The notes beneath the pieces were generated by a model that worked only from the letters and a program-made list of their open reading frames with translations, searched no databases and was not told the DNA's origin. The position numbers and the translations under genes are program-made. From Betaproteobacteria bacterium (GTDB lineage Bacteria > Pseudomonadota > Gammaproteobacteria > Burkholderiales > SG8-39), in assembly GCA_039931635.1 (NCBI GenBank), contig JBDTRO010000105.1, forward strand, positions 1 to 55,403: DNA of 55,403 nt, given 5' to 3'. Positions 29,996 through 38,632 of the stretch are shown here, piece after piece (position 1 is the first letter of the stretch; every line of letters begins with the position of its first letter).

Positions 29996-31120
29996 CTACG
30001 CGGGAATCTCTTGCGTTGGCGGGGGCGACTGGACTTCGGCAAGCCGCTGTTCAGGAAACACGACGTCGCGCAGCATGCGGGTGAGGAAGTAACTCTTCCC
30101 GGTGCCACCCATTGCGGAGGCGTTGCCGCGATCCAGGCGGAAGGTGCGCGCCATGGCGGCGAGCACGCGGTCGATGGGATTGCCTTCCTGGGTGCCGCTG
30201 GTGAAGTAGACGCCGCGCAATTGCAGCGGCTGGTGGTTGACCTGGGTGCCGAAGGCCTGCGCCACGAATTCCCCTACCAGCGGGCCTACACTGTGGAACT
30301 GCTGCGGGAAGCGGTAGATGGCGGCGCGCCGCTGCAGGTCGGGTTCCTCGTGCAACCGTGCGAGCATCTCGGCGCCGAGGCGATCCTCCAGCGCGGTGAA
30401 ATCCTTCGCGTAGGGCTGCGCGATCAGGGCCGGGTCGATGCCGTGGTTGAACGTGGTGCCCCAGACCTGCGTGCGCGCCGCGTGGTCGTAGTCGCCGAAA
30501 AATTCGGTGAAACCTGCCAGCAGGTCCAATTTCGTGACCAGCACGTAGACCGGAAAGCGCTGGTTGAGTGCCGCATACATTTCCGACAGGCGCATGCGCA
30601 CGTGCGCGGCGAACCGCGCGCGCTCGGCCTTGGCCCAGAGCATGAGATCCAGCACGCTCACGGTGACCAGCGCGCCGTTCAGCGGCCGTTCGGGGCGGAA
30701 CTGCTTGAGTAGCGCGAGGAAGCCGTGCCAGGCCGCGGAATCGGCCTTGCGGTCGCTTTCCTGCGTCGTGTAGCGGCCCGCGGTGTCCAGCAGCACCGCC
30801 TCGTCGGCAAACCACCAGTCGCAGTTGCGCGTGCCGCCCACGCCGGGAACAGAAGCTCCGCTATCCTTGGTGTAGAGCGGAAAACGCAGGCCGGAATTGA
30901 GCAAGGCGGTGGTCTTGCCCGAGCCCGGCGCGCCGATCATCACGTACCACGGCAGCTCTTCCACCGCGCGCGAGCGCCCGTCGGGATTGGGGAAACGGGC
31001 GTCCTCGAGGTCCTCGGCCGCACGCTTGAAGCGCGCCTGGATGGACTCCAGCTCCTTCGCGACGCGCTCGTCGGTGCTCTGGTCCGAAGCGGAACCGGCA
31101 ATCTGTTCCAGCAGGCTCAT
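29996..31120 (-). CDS. Soluble P-loop NTPase homologous to the cytoplasmic module of TssM/IcmF only
   Basis: 374 aa. LPWYVMIGAPGSGKTTALLNSGLRFPL (Walker A at 30911-30934) and GTRNCDWWFADEAVLLDTAGRYTTQ match the IcmF-related N-terminal domain. I see no hydrophobic TM segment. Its ATG overlaps the upstream stop. Confidence 0.75.
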   Translation of the reverse strand: MSLLEQIAGSASDQSTDERVAKELESIQARFKRAAEDLEDARFPNPDGRSRAVEELPWYVMIGAPGSGKTTALLNSGLRFPLYTKDSGASVPGVGGTRNCDWWFADEAVLLDTAGRYTTQESDRKADSAAWHGFLALLKQFRPERPLNGALVTVSVLDLMLWAKAERARFAAHVRMRLSEMYAALNQRFPVYVLVTKLDLLAGFTEFFGDYDHAARTQVWGTTFNHGIDPALIAQPYAKDFTALEDRLGAEMLARLHEEPDLQRRAAIYRFPQQFHSVGPLVGEFVAQAFGTQVNHQPLQLRGVYFTSGTQEGNPIDRVLAAMARTFRLDRGNASAMGGTGKSYFLTRMLRDVVFPEQRLAEVQSPPPTQEIPA

Positions 31121-32709
31121 GGCGCGGGTTTCAGGAGAAAGGTGACGCGGCGGTTCTTCGCGCGGTTGGCGTCGGTGTCGCTGGGAGCGAGCGGTTCGGA
31201 TTCGCCCTTGCCCACGGCGCTCAGGCGCTTCGGATCGGCCAGCTTCGGCGCCATCAACTGCGCGACCGCCTGCGCGCGCGTCGCGGCGAGTTCGGAGTTC
31301 GATGCGAAACGCTGTGTGGGCGATGCGTCGGCGTGGCCGGTGACGACGATCGTGCCGGGAATCTTGTCGAGCGCCGTCGCGATCTTCTGGATCAGCGGCC
31401 GCAACTCGGGCGCAGGCTGGGTGCTGCCCGGGACGAACTGGCGCTCGTGGCGCAACGTGAGCGCGACGCCGCCTGGGCTATCCGTGATCGTCACAGGTTC
31501 GCCCGCGAGCGCCTTCGCCAGCGCTACGCCAGGCGCCGGCGCAGAAGGTACGGGGGCGGGCGCGGGTTTGGCGGCGGCCTGTTCCACCTTTGCCTTTGGC
31601 TTCGGCCGGGACGCGACCAGGTTCTTCGTTTCGTCCTCCAGCAGCCGCAATGCCAGCAGGTAGAACACGATCATCGCGCCGATGACGGCGGCAAGGCCGC
31701 TCCACACCACGCGCCGGGACAGGCGCGACAGAAACGTCGGCTTGACGGGCGGCAGGGTCGTGTCTTCGCGCGCGGCTGCCGCCTGCGCGGACAACTGCGC
31801 CGTCACCTTGGCCGCCACCTGCAACGCGGGCGCCGCGGCCGCTTCGGCGGTGGCGCTGCGCCAATGTTCGGAAAGGCCATCGGGGCGCGGGCGCCGGCGC
31901 GCAATGACCTTGTAGAGGTCGTTGCGAATCTGCTTGAGTGCCTCGCGGCCGCCTTCTGCCTTGCGGTAGCCGCCTTCGAAACCGAGCGTCAGGCAGACGT
32001 AGTAAAACTCGAGCAGGTCGGCGGCATCCGTGTTCTCGGGGGTCTGGTCGAGGGACAAGGTGTCGAGGCGCGTGAAGAATCCTTCGCCGCCGCCGGTTTC
32101 GCCGCGCATGTCCTTGAGCAGTCCGTTGTCGCTCCAACTGGCACCCCAGGGCGTGGCGGCGGCCGATTCGTCCAGCAGCGCGCAGAGCGCATACACGGCG
32201 ATATCCACTGTGGCATCTGGAACGTCCGCAGACATCGCGCTGGTCTGCAGCGACTCGATCTGATCGCGCAGGCTGGCGCGCAGCCCGGCGGGATCCGGGT
32301 GCTTGAGCGCGCGCCGGATCTGCGGCACCGCGCCGAGGATCGGATTGGCCATCGCGATCAGCGAATTCAGGCCGCCCAGGGCCGACAGGTTCGCCTGGAT
32401 GGTGTCGGTACTGGATTTCGGCGCGAAGGGATTCTTGCGTACGCGGCCCGGGCTCGGGATCCGCACCGTGGCGTCGGGGTCGAGGCTGGCCTTTTCCGCC
32501 GGATTGACCGTGGCGTCGGGGTCGAAGATCGGATGCCGGTCGGTGGCTTCCGGGTCTATCGGCTTTTTGATTGCCGGCCCGGTGAGGGTGGTTTCCGGAT
32601 CGGGTTCGGGCTGGACGAGGGGCCCGTTGACGGTTGCGTCCGGGTCCAATGCGGCCGCCGGCTGCGCGACAGTCGCCTCCGGATCGAATTTCTTGGATTC
32701 CTCAGCCAT
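31117..32709 (-). CDS. DotU/TssL-family membrane protein with C-terminal OmpA/MotB peptidoglycan-binding domain and N-terminal DPDATV repeats
   Basis: 530 aa. DotU signature DLLEFYYVCLTLGFEGGYRK. Single TM helix VVWSGLAAVIGAMIVFYLLAL. OmpA-like end VVTGHADASP...SNSELAATRAQAV...NRAKNRRVTFLL. Confidence 0.8.
   Translation of the reverse strand: MAEESKKFDPEATVAQPAAALDPDATVNGPLVQPEPDPETTLTGPAIKKPIDPEATDRHPIFDPDATVNPAEKASLDPDATVRIPSPGRVRKNPFAPKSSTDTIQANLSALGGLNSLIAMANPILGAVPQIRRALKHPDPAGLRASLRDQIESLQTSAMSADVPDATVDIAVYALCALLDESAAATPWGASWSDNGLLKDMRGETGGGEGFFTRLDTLSLDQTPENTDAADLLEFYYVCLTLGFEGGYRKAEGGREALKQIRNDLYKVIARRRPRPDGLSEHWRSATAEAAAAPALQVAAKVTAQLSAQAAAAREDTTLPPVKPTFLSRLSRRVVWSGLAAVIGAMIVFYLLALRLLEDETKNLVASRPKPKAKVEQAAAKPAPAPVPSAPAPGVALAKALAGEPVTITDSPGGVALTLRHERQFVPGSTQPAPELRPLIQKIATALDKIPGTIVVTGHADASPTQRFASNSELAATRAQAVAQLMAPKLADPKRLSAVGKGESEPLAPSDTDANRAKNRRVTFLLKPAP
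32464..32686 (-). repeat. Six in-frame degenerate repeats encoding D-P-[DE]-[AT]-T-[VLD] in the TssL-like gene
   Basis: On the + strand the unit reads ACNGTNGCNTCNGGRTC, starting at 32464, 32506, 32539, 32583, 32629 and 32669. Translated: FDPEATV, LDPDATV, PDPETTL, IDPEATD, FDPDATV, LDPDATV. Confidence 0.85.
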
Positions 32710-32741
32710 CTTTTGGTGGTGCGTCCCCTGAGCCCGTCATT

Positions 32742-33647
32742 TTAGGGGCGGAACAGCCCGGCAGCGAAGCCGATTTTCTTCTGCGCGGCCTTCATCCGGG
32801 CGCTGGGCGGAGGGGTAACGCCCCACAGGTCGCTGTGCCCTGGCGGGTAGGCCCACTCCCGCGGCTCGCGCACCCGGTGGTTGTCGCCCACTTTTTCGAC
32901 CTCGGCGGTGTATTCGATGACCATGTCGTCCGGCCCCACGAAGTAGGCGAAGACGTTGTTGCCCGGCCCGTGGCGGCCCAGGCCCCATTCGATCGGATGG
33001 CCTGCGTCGCGCATCCGGCCGGCGCCCCGCATCACCGAGTCGATGCCGTCCATCGCGAAGGCGATGTGGTGCAGCGTCGGGGATTCGCCTGGATGGAAGG
33101 CGACGTTGTGATGGTCGGAATTGCAGCGGATGAAAGTCAGCAGCGACCGGTCGCTGACTTCGAAGCCGAGCGCCTTGACCCAGAAGGCGGCGGCGGCTTC
33201 CTGCTGCGAGGTGTTCAGCACGACATGGGTGATCTTTTCCGGCCGGTCGGGAACCAGCGCCGCATCGGCATGGCGCGCGTCCCCGGCAATTACCCGCAGC
33301 ACCCGGTTTTCCGGGTCCATGAAAGCGAAGCCGTAGCCGCCGCCTGGCTCATTCAGCGCGGCAGGCGCGTCCACTTGCGTTGCGCCCGCTTCCTTCACGC
33401 GCAGGTACAGGCGGTCGACCGCTTCGCGGCTCGCTGCGGCAAGGTTGATGCAGAGCAGCCCCGGGGTGGGCCGCGGGTGCAGCGCGAGGATGTGGTGGTA
33501 GGCGCCGGAGCCGCGCAGGTAAACCGAACCCCTGGCCTCGGCGGCGACCGAAAGCCGCCATACGTCGGTATAGAAGCGCACATGGGCCGCGACATCGGGG
33601 ACCCCGAGGTCAACGCCCCGAAGACCTGTGACCATCCCGGCTGGCAT
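32742..33647 (-). CDS. Two-domain VOC-family protein, extradiol (catechol 2,3-) dioxygenase-like
   Basis: 301 aa. Two glyoxalase/VOC modules (GVDLGVPD..., ITHVVLNT...). HHIAFAM and VIEYTAE are consistent with His/His/Glu metal ligands. Confidence 0.8.
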   Translation of the reverse strand: MPAGMVTGLRGVDLGVPDVAAHVRFYTDVWRLSVAAEARGSVYLRGSGAYHHILALHPRPTPGLLCINLAAASREAVDRLYLRVKEAGATQVDAPAALNEPGGGYGFAFMDPENRVLRVIAGDARHADAALVPDRPEKITHVVLNTSQQEAAAAFWVKALGFEVSDRSLLTFIRCNSDHHNVAFHPGESPTLHHIAFAMDGIDSVMRGAGRMRDAGHPIEWGLGRHGPGNNVFAYFVGPDDMVIEYTAEVEKVGDNHRVREPREWAYPPGHSDLWGVTPPPSARMKAAQKKIGFAAGLFRP

Positions 33648-33689
33648 GGGCGAATTCTATTCCCGAATCCAATCGCTGTATCCTTGCGC

Positions 33690-34337
33690 ATGGACAAGCT
33701 GGCTGCCTATTACGCCCAGCGCGCTGCGGAATACGAGCGCATCTACGCCAAGCCGGAACGGCAGGCGGATCTCGCCGCGCTCCGCGTCAGGATTGCCAGG
33801 CTGGCGGCCGGCAAGAAGGTGCTGGAGCTGGCCTGCGGCACCGGGTACTGGACCCAGGTCATGGCGGCGAGCGCGGCCCGGGTCACCGCCATCGACGTCA
33901 ACGACGAAGTGCTGCAGATAGCGAAGACGAAAAGCTATCCAGCGAACCGGGTCGAGTTTGTTTCTGGCGACTGCAATGCACCGCCGGTCGCCGACCGCAG
34001 CCACGACATGGTGTATGCCGGTTTCTGGTGGTCGCATGTTCCATTGGAAAAACTGGATTCGTTTCTCGCAGGCCTTCCGCAGGTGATCGCGCCGGGTGGC
34101 ATGATTGCGTTCCTCGACAACAGCTATGTCGAGGGCTCCAGCACGACGGTTTCGCGGCGCGACGTGCAAGGCAACAGCTACCAGCAGCGCAAGCTCGACG
34201 ACGGCAGCACGCACGAGGTGCTGAAGAATTTTCCCTCCGCCAGCGAGCTGATCCAGCGCGTTTCCCGATTCGGCTGGGGGGCGAACGTCGACCTGTTCCA
34301 GCACTACTGGCTGCTCACCTACTGGGCGCCCAAGTGA
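33690..34337 (+). CDS. Class I SAM-dependent methyltransferase
   Basis: Start at MDKLAAYYAQRAAEYE (ATG 33690). Motif I VLELACGTGYWT. The upstream part of ORF 32634-34337 is antisense to the VOC gene. Confidence 0.8.
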   Translation: MDKLAAYYAQRAAEYERIYAKPERQADLAALRVRIARLAAGKKVLELACGTGYWTQVMAASAARVTAIDVNDEVLQIAKTKSYPANRVEFVSGDCNAPPVADRSHDMVYAGFWWSHVPLEKLDSFLAGLPQVIAPGGMIAFLDNSYVEGSSTTVSRRDVQGNSYQQRKLDDGSTHEVLKNFPSASELIQRVSRFGWGANVDLFQHYWLLTYWAPK

Positions 34338-35284
34338 AGAACCATCATCGGATCGAGATCGCGCCGCCCGACATCTCCGGCTATCGAAGCGGCAATACCG
34401 GCGTCGACTACGTGCACGTGCTGGATTCGGGCAAGCCCGGGCCGAATGTCATGGTGCAGGCCCTGACGCACGGTAACGAGTTTTGCGGTGCGATCGCGCT
34501 GGTGCACCTGTTGGAACAAAAGATAAAGCCGGAGCAGGGCAGGCTGACGCTCGCGTTTGCCAACGTGGCAGCATTCTCGCGCTTCGACTTCGACGACCCG
34601 GACCGCTCGCGCTACATCGACGAGGATTACAACCGCGTCTGGGGCGACGAGGCGCTGCTGGGTCCGCGCGACTCCGCCGAACTGCGCCGCGCGCGCGAAC
34701 TGCGGCCGTTCGTCGACGCCGCCGACTTCCTGCTCGACCTGCATTCGATGCACGAGCCCTGCCGCCCGATCATGGTGTGCGCGAAGAGCGAAAAAAGCGC
34801 TGCCTTCTCGCGCCGCATCGGCGTGCCCGGCGACCTGCTGATCGACACCGGCCACCCGGCAGGCCTGCGCATGATCGAGCGCGGCGCCTTCAACGATCCG
34901 TCCAGCCCGAAGACCGCGGTGCTCATCGAGTGCGGCCAGCATTGGGAGAAGAGCGCGGCCGACGTCGCGGTGGATACGCTATACCGGTTCCTGCAGGCCG
35001 CCGGCGCCGTGAATGCTTCGCTTTGCAAATCCCATCTGCGCCTCGTGCCGCCCGCGGTACAACGGACCGTTCGCGTCACCGAGGCCGTCGTGGCGAAAAG
35101 CAGGAGCCTGGTATTTCCGTATTCTTTTACGGGCCTGGAAGTGATACCGAAGGCCGGGACGCTGGTCGCCACCGACGGCGGCATGACCTGGAAAACCCCC
35201 TATGACGATTGCGTGCTGGTGATGCCGTCGCTCGCGCACGTGAAGCCGGGAGCGACCGTGCTGCGCCTGGGCCGGTACGACTGA
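34334..35284 (+). CDS. Succinylglutamate desuccinylase/aspartoacylase-family zinc hydrolase
   Basis: GTG 34334 overlaps the methyltransferase stop (GTGA). Contains QALTHGNEFCG and LLDLHSM, typical of the AstE/AspA family. Confidence 0.75.
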   Translation: MKNHHRIEIAPPDISGYRSGNTGVDYVHVLDSGKPGPNVMVQALTHGNEFCGAIALVHLLEQKIKPEQGRLTLAFANVAAFSRFDFDDPDRSRYIDEDYNRVWGDEALLGPRDSAELRRARELRPFVDAADFLLDLHSMHEPCRPIMVCAKSEKSAAFSRRIGVPGDLLIDTGHPAGLRMIERGAFNDPSSPKTAVLIECGQHWEKSAADVAVDTLYRFLQAAGAVNASLCKSHLRLVPPAVQRTVRVTEAVVAKSRSLVFPYSFTGLEVIPKAGTLVATDGGMTWKTPYDDCVLVMPSLAHVKPGATVLRLGRYD

Positions 35285-35285
35285 G

Positions 35286-35858
35286 ATGCGCTGCCTTGCG
35301 TATCTGTTGCTGACCTGCTTTTCGCTGGCCGCGCAGGCCCAGATCTACCGCTGGGTGGATGCCAATGGCCGCGTCAACTTCTCCAACGCCGCGCCGCCGC
35401 AAGGCGTGAAATCGACCGTGGTGGACGCGGACGCGAAGGAAGCGCCGGCCGTGCCCGACAGCCAGGAGTGCTACACGATCCGCTGCCAGGGCGAACGCAT
35501 GGAAGAGCGCCAGCGCAGGCGCGAAGCCGAGGATGCGCGGATGGCTACGGACAGGGCCGCGCTCGCGCCGAAGCCGGTGCGCGGCCTGGAATTCAGGAAA
35601 TACATCAGCCTCCAGCGCGGCATGAGCGAAGGCGAACTGCTCGGCATTGCGGGCGAGCCGGACCTCAAGGCCGACCAGGGCGTTGCGATCGCCGAGCCGG
35701 CGTACGTGCAGGGCACGCGCAACGCGGTGGTTGCGACGCGTACCGGGCTGGTGATGAAGACCTACACCTACCTGCCGACACCAGGCGATCCGTTCACGAC
35801 CACCATCACGCTGGTCGGCGGCCGGGTGTCCGAGCTGGAGCGGGTGCGGAAGTTCTGA
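35286..35858 (+). CDS. DUF4124-domain secreted protein
   Basis: Signal peptide, then IYRWVDANGRVNFSN, the hallmark of the DUF4124 N-terminal domain. Starts 1 nt after the previous stop. Confidence 0.65.
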   Translation: MRCLAYLLLTCFSLAAQAQIYRWVDANGRVNFSNAAPPQGVKSTVVDADAKEAPAVPDSQECYTIRCQGERMEERQRRREAEDARMATDRAALAPKPVRGLEFRKYISLQRGMSEGELLGIAGEPDLKADQGVAIAEPAYVQGTRNAVVATRTGLVMKTYTYLPTPGDPFTTTITLVGGRVSELERVRKF

Positions 35859-35859
35859 A

Positions 35860-36450
35860 TTATTTCCTGAGCGGGCCCCACAGTTCGTCCAGCCGCGAAT
35901 AGCGCCCACAGCCGGTCGAGTAGAACTTGTAGCGCACCGGATTTTTCTTGTAGTAGTCCTGGTGGTAGTCCTCGGCGGGCCAGAATTGCGAGGCCTTGAC
36001 GATCGGCGTCACGATGGGCTGCTTGAAGGTCTTGAGTTTTTCGTACTTCGCCTTCGATGCGTCGGCGAGGCGCTTCTGGTCCTCGTCGTGCCAGAAAATT
36101 CCCGGCCGGTATTGAGAGCCGTGGTCGCAGAACTGGCGGTCGTTGTAGACCGGGTCGTGGTTGACCCAGAACACGTCCAGCAGCTTCTCGTAGCTCACCT
36201 TGGCGGGGTCGAACTTCACTTCGATCGCCTCGGTGTGGCCGGTGGTGCCCGAGGAGACCATCTCGTAGCTCGGGTTCCTGGTCTTGCCGTCGGTGTAGCC
36301 GGAGATCACGGCAACTACGCCGGGCACCTTTTCGAATGCTTCCTCCGCGCACCAGAAGCAGCCCGCGGCGAAAGTTGCCGTGGCGAGGTTTTGCGCGTGG
36401 GGGGCTGCGGGTGAAAGCAGGAATGCAAGGGCGATCAGCAGCTTTTTCAT
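35860..36450 (-). CDS. msrA: Peptide-methionine (S)-S-oxide reductase MsrA (exported form)
   Basis: Signal peptide MKKLLIALAFLLSPAAPHA. Active site FAAGCFWCAEEAFE. Also GYTDG and HDPV. Confidence 0.92.
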   Translation of the reverse strand: MKKLLIALAFLLSPAAPHAQNLATATFAAGCFWCAEEAFEKVPGVVAVISGYTDGKTRNPSYEMVSSGTTGHTEAIEVKFDPAKVSYEKLLDVFWVNHDPVYNDRQFCDHGSQYRPGIFWHDEDQKRLADASKAKYEKLKTFKQPIVTPIVKASQFWPAEDYHQDYYKKNPVRYKFYSTGCGRYSRLDELWGPLRK

Positions 36451-36523
36451 GGCGTCAACTCCTTCGTGGCGGTGTCGATGGCGGCTTGGTCGCCCGAAGC
36501 CCCTCGGGCATTACACCGGCCAG

Positions 36524-37336
36524 CTACTCGATCTTCGCCTTGGCGCGCAGGTCGCGCACCAGGTTCTGCACCCGCTGCTCGACCAGGCGCTGCTGGATCT
36601 GCGGCTTGACCTGCGCCAGCGGCGGGAAACTCACGGCGCGCACGTCGTCAAGCTGGATGATGTGGAAGCCGAAGCGGCTGCGCACCGGCACCTCGGTCAT
36701 CTTGCCTTTCTCAAGCTTTACCATCGCGTCGCTGAAGGCTTTGTCGAAATTTCCAGGCACGTTCCAGTCCAGGTCGCCGCCCTTGCCGCGGGTGCCTTCG
36801 TCCATCGAGCGTTTCTGCGCGATCTCGTCGAACTTGGTGCCCTTCTTCAGGTCGGCGAGCACGCTCTTTGCGTCATCTTCGGTCGCGACCAGGATGTGGC
36901 GCGCCTTGTATTCCTTGTCGCCGGTCTGGGCCCGCGCGCGGTCGTATTCCTTCTGGACTTCGGCGTCGCTCACCGGGTTCAGGCGCACATGCTCGGCCAC
37001 CAGGGCGTTGGCGATCACTTCCTGCCGGGTGAGGTCAATCTGCTGCTGTACCTCGGGCTTCTTGGCGATGCCGGTGCGATTCGCTTCCTGGAGCAGCAGT
37101 TCGTTGTTGATCAGCGCTTCGCGCACCTGCGTGCGCAGCTGATCGCCGTCCTGCGCGCCGCGTGCCGTCTGCTGGCGCACCACCAGCTCGAGGCGGTTGC
37201 GCGGGATCTGCACGCCGTTCACGGTGGCGAGCGGCCCGGTTGCGGCTGCGGCGGGCTTGGCGGGCTGTTGCGCCAGCGCTGGACTGGCAAATTGCGCGGA
37301 CAGCAGCAGTGCCAGGGCGAAAATCCGTTTTTTCAT
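36524..37336 (-). CDS. Periplasmic parvulin-type peptidyl-prolyl isomerase (PpiC/SurA-like)
   Basis: Signal peptide, SurA-like N-domain, and parvulin core YKARHILV...GGDLDW...SRFGFHIIQL. Confidence 0.85.
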   Translation of the reverse strand: MKKRIFALALLLSAQFASPALAQQPAKPAAAATGPLATVNGVQIPRNRLELVVRQQTARGAQDGDQLRTQVREALINNELLLQEANRTGIAKKPEVQQQIDLTRQEVIANALVAEHVRLNPVSDAEVQKEYDRARAQTGDKEYKARHILVATEDDAKSVLADLKKGTKFDEIAQKRSMDEGTRGKGGDLDWNVPGNFDKAFSDAMVKLEKGKMTEVPVRSRFGFHIIQLDDVRAVSFPPLAQVKPQIQQRLVEQRVQNLVRDLRAKAKIE

Positions 37337-37363
37337 GCGTTTCCTTTCGAAGTCAGGGCGCCA

Positions 37364-37636
37364 TTATCCGTCAAATTCGCCCGGCGATTTAGCATTGATG
37401 GACAGGGCGTGGATTGGATGGCGCATGAGTTCGCCCAGCGCCTGGTACACCATGCGGTGCCGCGCCACCGTGGGCTTGCCCTCGAAAGCGGCTGACACGA
37501 TAGTCAGCTTCCAGTGCGTGTTGCCGCCGGGCGCCGCGCCGGCGTGCCCGGCATGCTGCGCGCTCTCGTCCAGCAGTTCCAGCCGCGAGGGCACAAGCGC
37601 CTGCAGGCGCCGCTCGATGTCCTGCGCAACGGTCAC
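37364..37636 (-). CDS. bolA: BolA-family protein
   Basis: GTG start (cac 37634-37636) overlaps the yciB stop (GTGA). Contains [15 protein letters not shown]...[24 protein letters not shown]...IHALSI. Confidence 0.8.
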   Translation of the reverse strand: MTVAQDIERRLQALVPSRLELLDESAQHAGHAGAAPGGNTHWKLTIVSAAFEGKPTVARHRMVYQALGELMRHPIHALSINAKSPGEFDG

Positions 37637-38169
37637 GGTTTTTCCTCTTCCATGTGGCGGGAGAGGTAAAACGCCTGGCCGATCACGAACAACAGCATCA
37701 GGCCGGTGGCGCCGAAGAGCTTGAAGGTGACCCACTGGTCGGTGGTGAAATTGAACGCGACCAGCAAGTTGACGACGCCCATGACCGCGAAAAACGCGAC
37801 CCAACCCCAGTTCAGCCGGCGCCATACCGGGTCGGGCAGCTGCACCTGCGCGCCCAGCATGCTGCGGATCAGGTTCCGGCGCAGCAGCAGGTCCGCGCCC
37901 GCCAGCGCGAGACCGAACAGCCAGTAGAGGACCGTGGGTTTCCACTTGATGAAGGTTTCGTCGCGCAACACCAGCGTCGCGCCGCCGAACACCACGATGA
38001 TGCCCAGGCTGATCCAGAGCATGGGCTCGATTTTCCTGCGCAGCAGCGCAAGCAGCCCGATCTGCAGGAAGGTGGCGGCGATCGCCACCGCGGTGGCGGT
38101 GTAGATGTCCGCCAGCTTGAAGGCGGCGAAGAACAGGATCACCGGGAACAGGTCGAAGAGGAATTTCAT
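37633..38169 (-). CDS. yciB: Intracellular septation protein A (YciB/IspZ)
   Basis: [14 protein letters not shown]..., five TM helices, [11 protein letters not shown]. Full-length, 178 aa. Confidence 0.9.
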   Translation of the reverse strand: MKFLFDLFPVILFFAAFKLADIYTATAVAIAATFLQIGLLALLRRKIEPMLWISLGIIVVFGGATLVLRDETFIKWKPTVLYWLFGLALAGADLLLRRNLIRSMLGAQVQLPDPVWRRLNWGWVAFFAVMGVVNLLVAFNFTTDQWVTFKLFGATGLMLLFVIGQAFYLSRHMEEEKP

Positions 38170-38202
38170 GCCGGCGTATTATTACCCAAGGGAGGGTTGC
38201 AG

Positions 38203-38595
38203 ATGACGATCGTCAGACTGATCGAATACGCCGAAGCGGTACCCGAAGTGCGCGCCGTCTACGACGAGATCATGAAGGCGCGCGGTACCGACTGGGTCAA
38301 CAATTTCTGGAAGGCGCTCGCCCATGATCCGGCGCTGCTGAGGCGCACCTGGGAGAACGTCAGGCAGGTGATGGCGCCAGGGGCGTTGGACCCGCTGGTC
38401 AAGGAAATGATCTACGTCGCGGTCAGCGCGACCAACGGCTGCGAATACTGCACCTATTCCCATACCGCCGCGGCACGCGCCAGGGGCATGAACGACGCGA
38501 TGCTCATGGAACTGATGGCGGTGGTCGGCCTCGCCAACCAGACCAACCGGCTGGCCAACGGCCTGCGCTTTCCAGTCGATCCGCAGTTCAAATGA
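38203..38595 (+). CDS. Carboxymuconolactone decarboxylase (AhpD-like) family protein
   Basis: ATG 38203 is preceded by GGAGGG. Contains the AhpD-like CxxC motif (NGCEYCTYSH). Confidence 0.8.
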   Translation: MTIVRLIEYAEAVPEVRAVYDEIMKARGTDWVNNFWKALAHDPALLRRTWENVRQVMAPGALDPLVKEMIYVAVSATNGCEYCTYSHTAAARARGMNDAMLMELMAVVGLANQTNRLANGLRFPVDPQFK

Positions 38596-38632
38596 CACCG
38601 GGCGGGAGTATTATTCCGGATCGGGGGAGGGT

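Noticed and set aside
29996-32709. Possibility that the TssL/TssM-like genes mark a type VI (or Dot/Icm) secretion locus, or are pseudogene debris of one.
   Set aside because: No other T6SS or T4BSS core gene occurs anywhere in the window, and the flanks are housekeeping genes with almost no spare DNA. Both ORFs are intact, translationally coupled and truncated exactly at domain boundaries. I report them as an orphan module instead, although a recent deletion cannot be excluded without comparative data.
32303-32731. Plus-strand ORF with a striking TVASGS repeat (…LTVASGSKIG…SVASGS…TVASGSN…).
   Set aside because: It is simply the antisense reading of the DPDATV repeats in the well-supported TssL-like gene on the minus strand.
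36492-36509. Small hairpin GCCCGA-agcccc-TCGGGC between msrA and the parvulin gene; a possible terminator.
   Set aside because: The stem is only 6 bp and has no following U-tract on the relevant strand, which is too weak to call.
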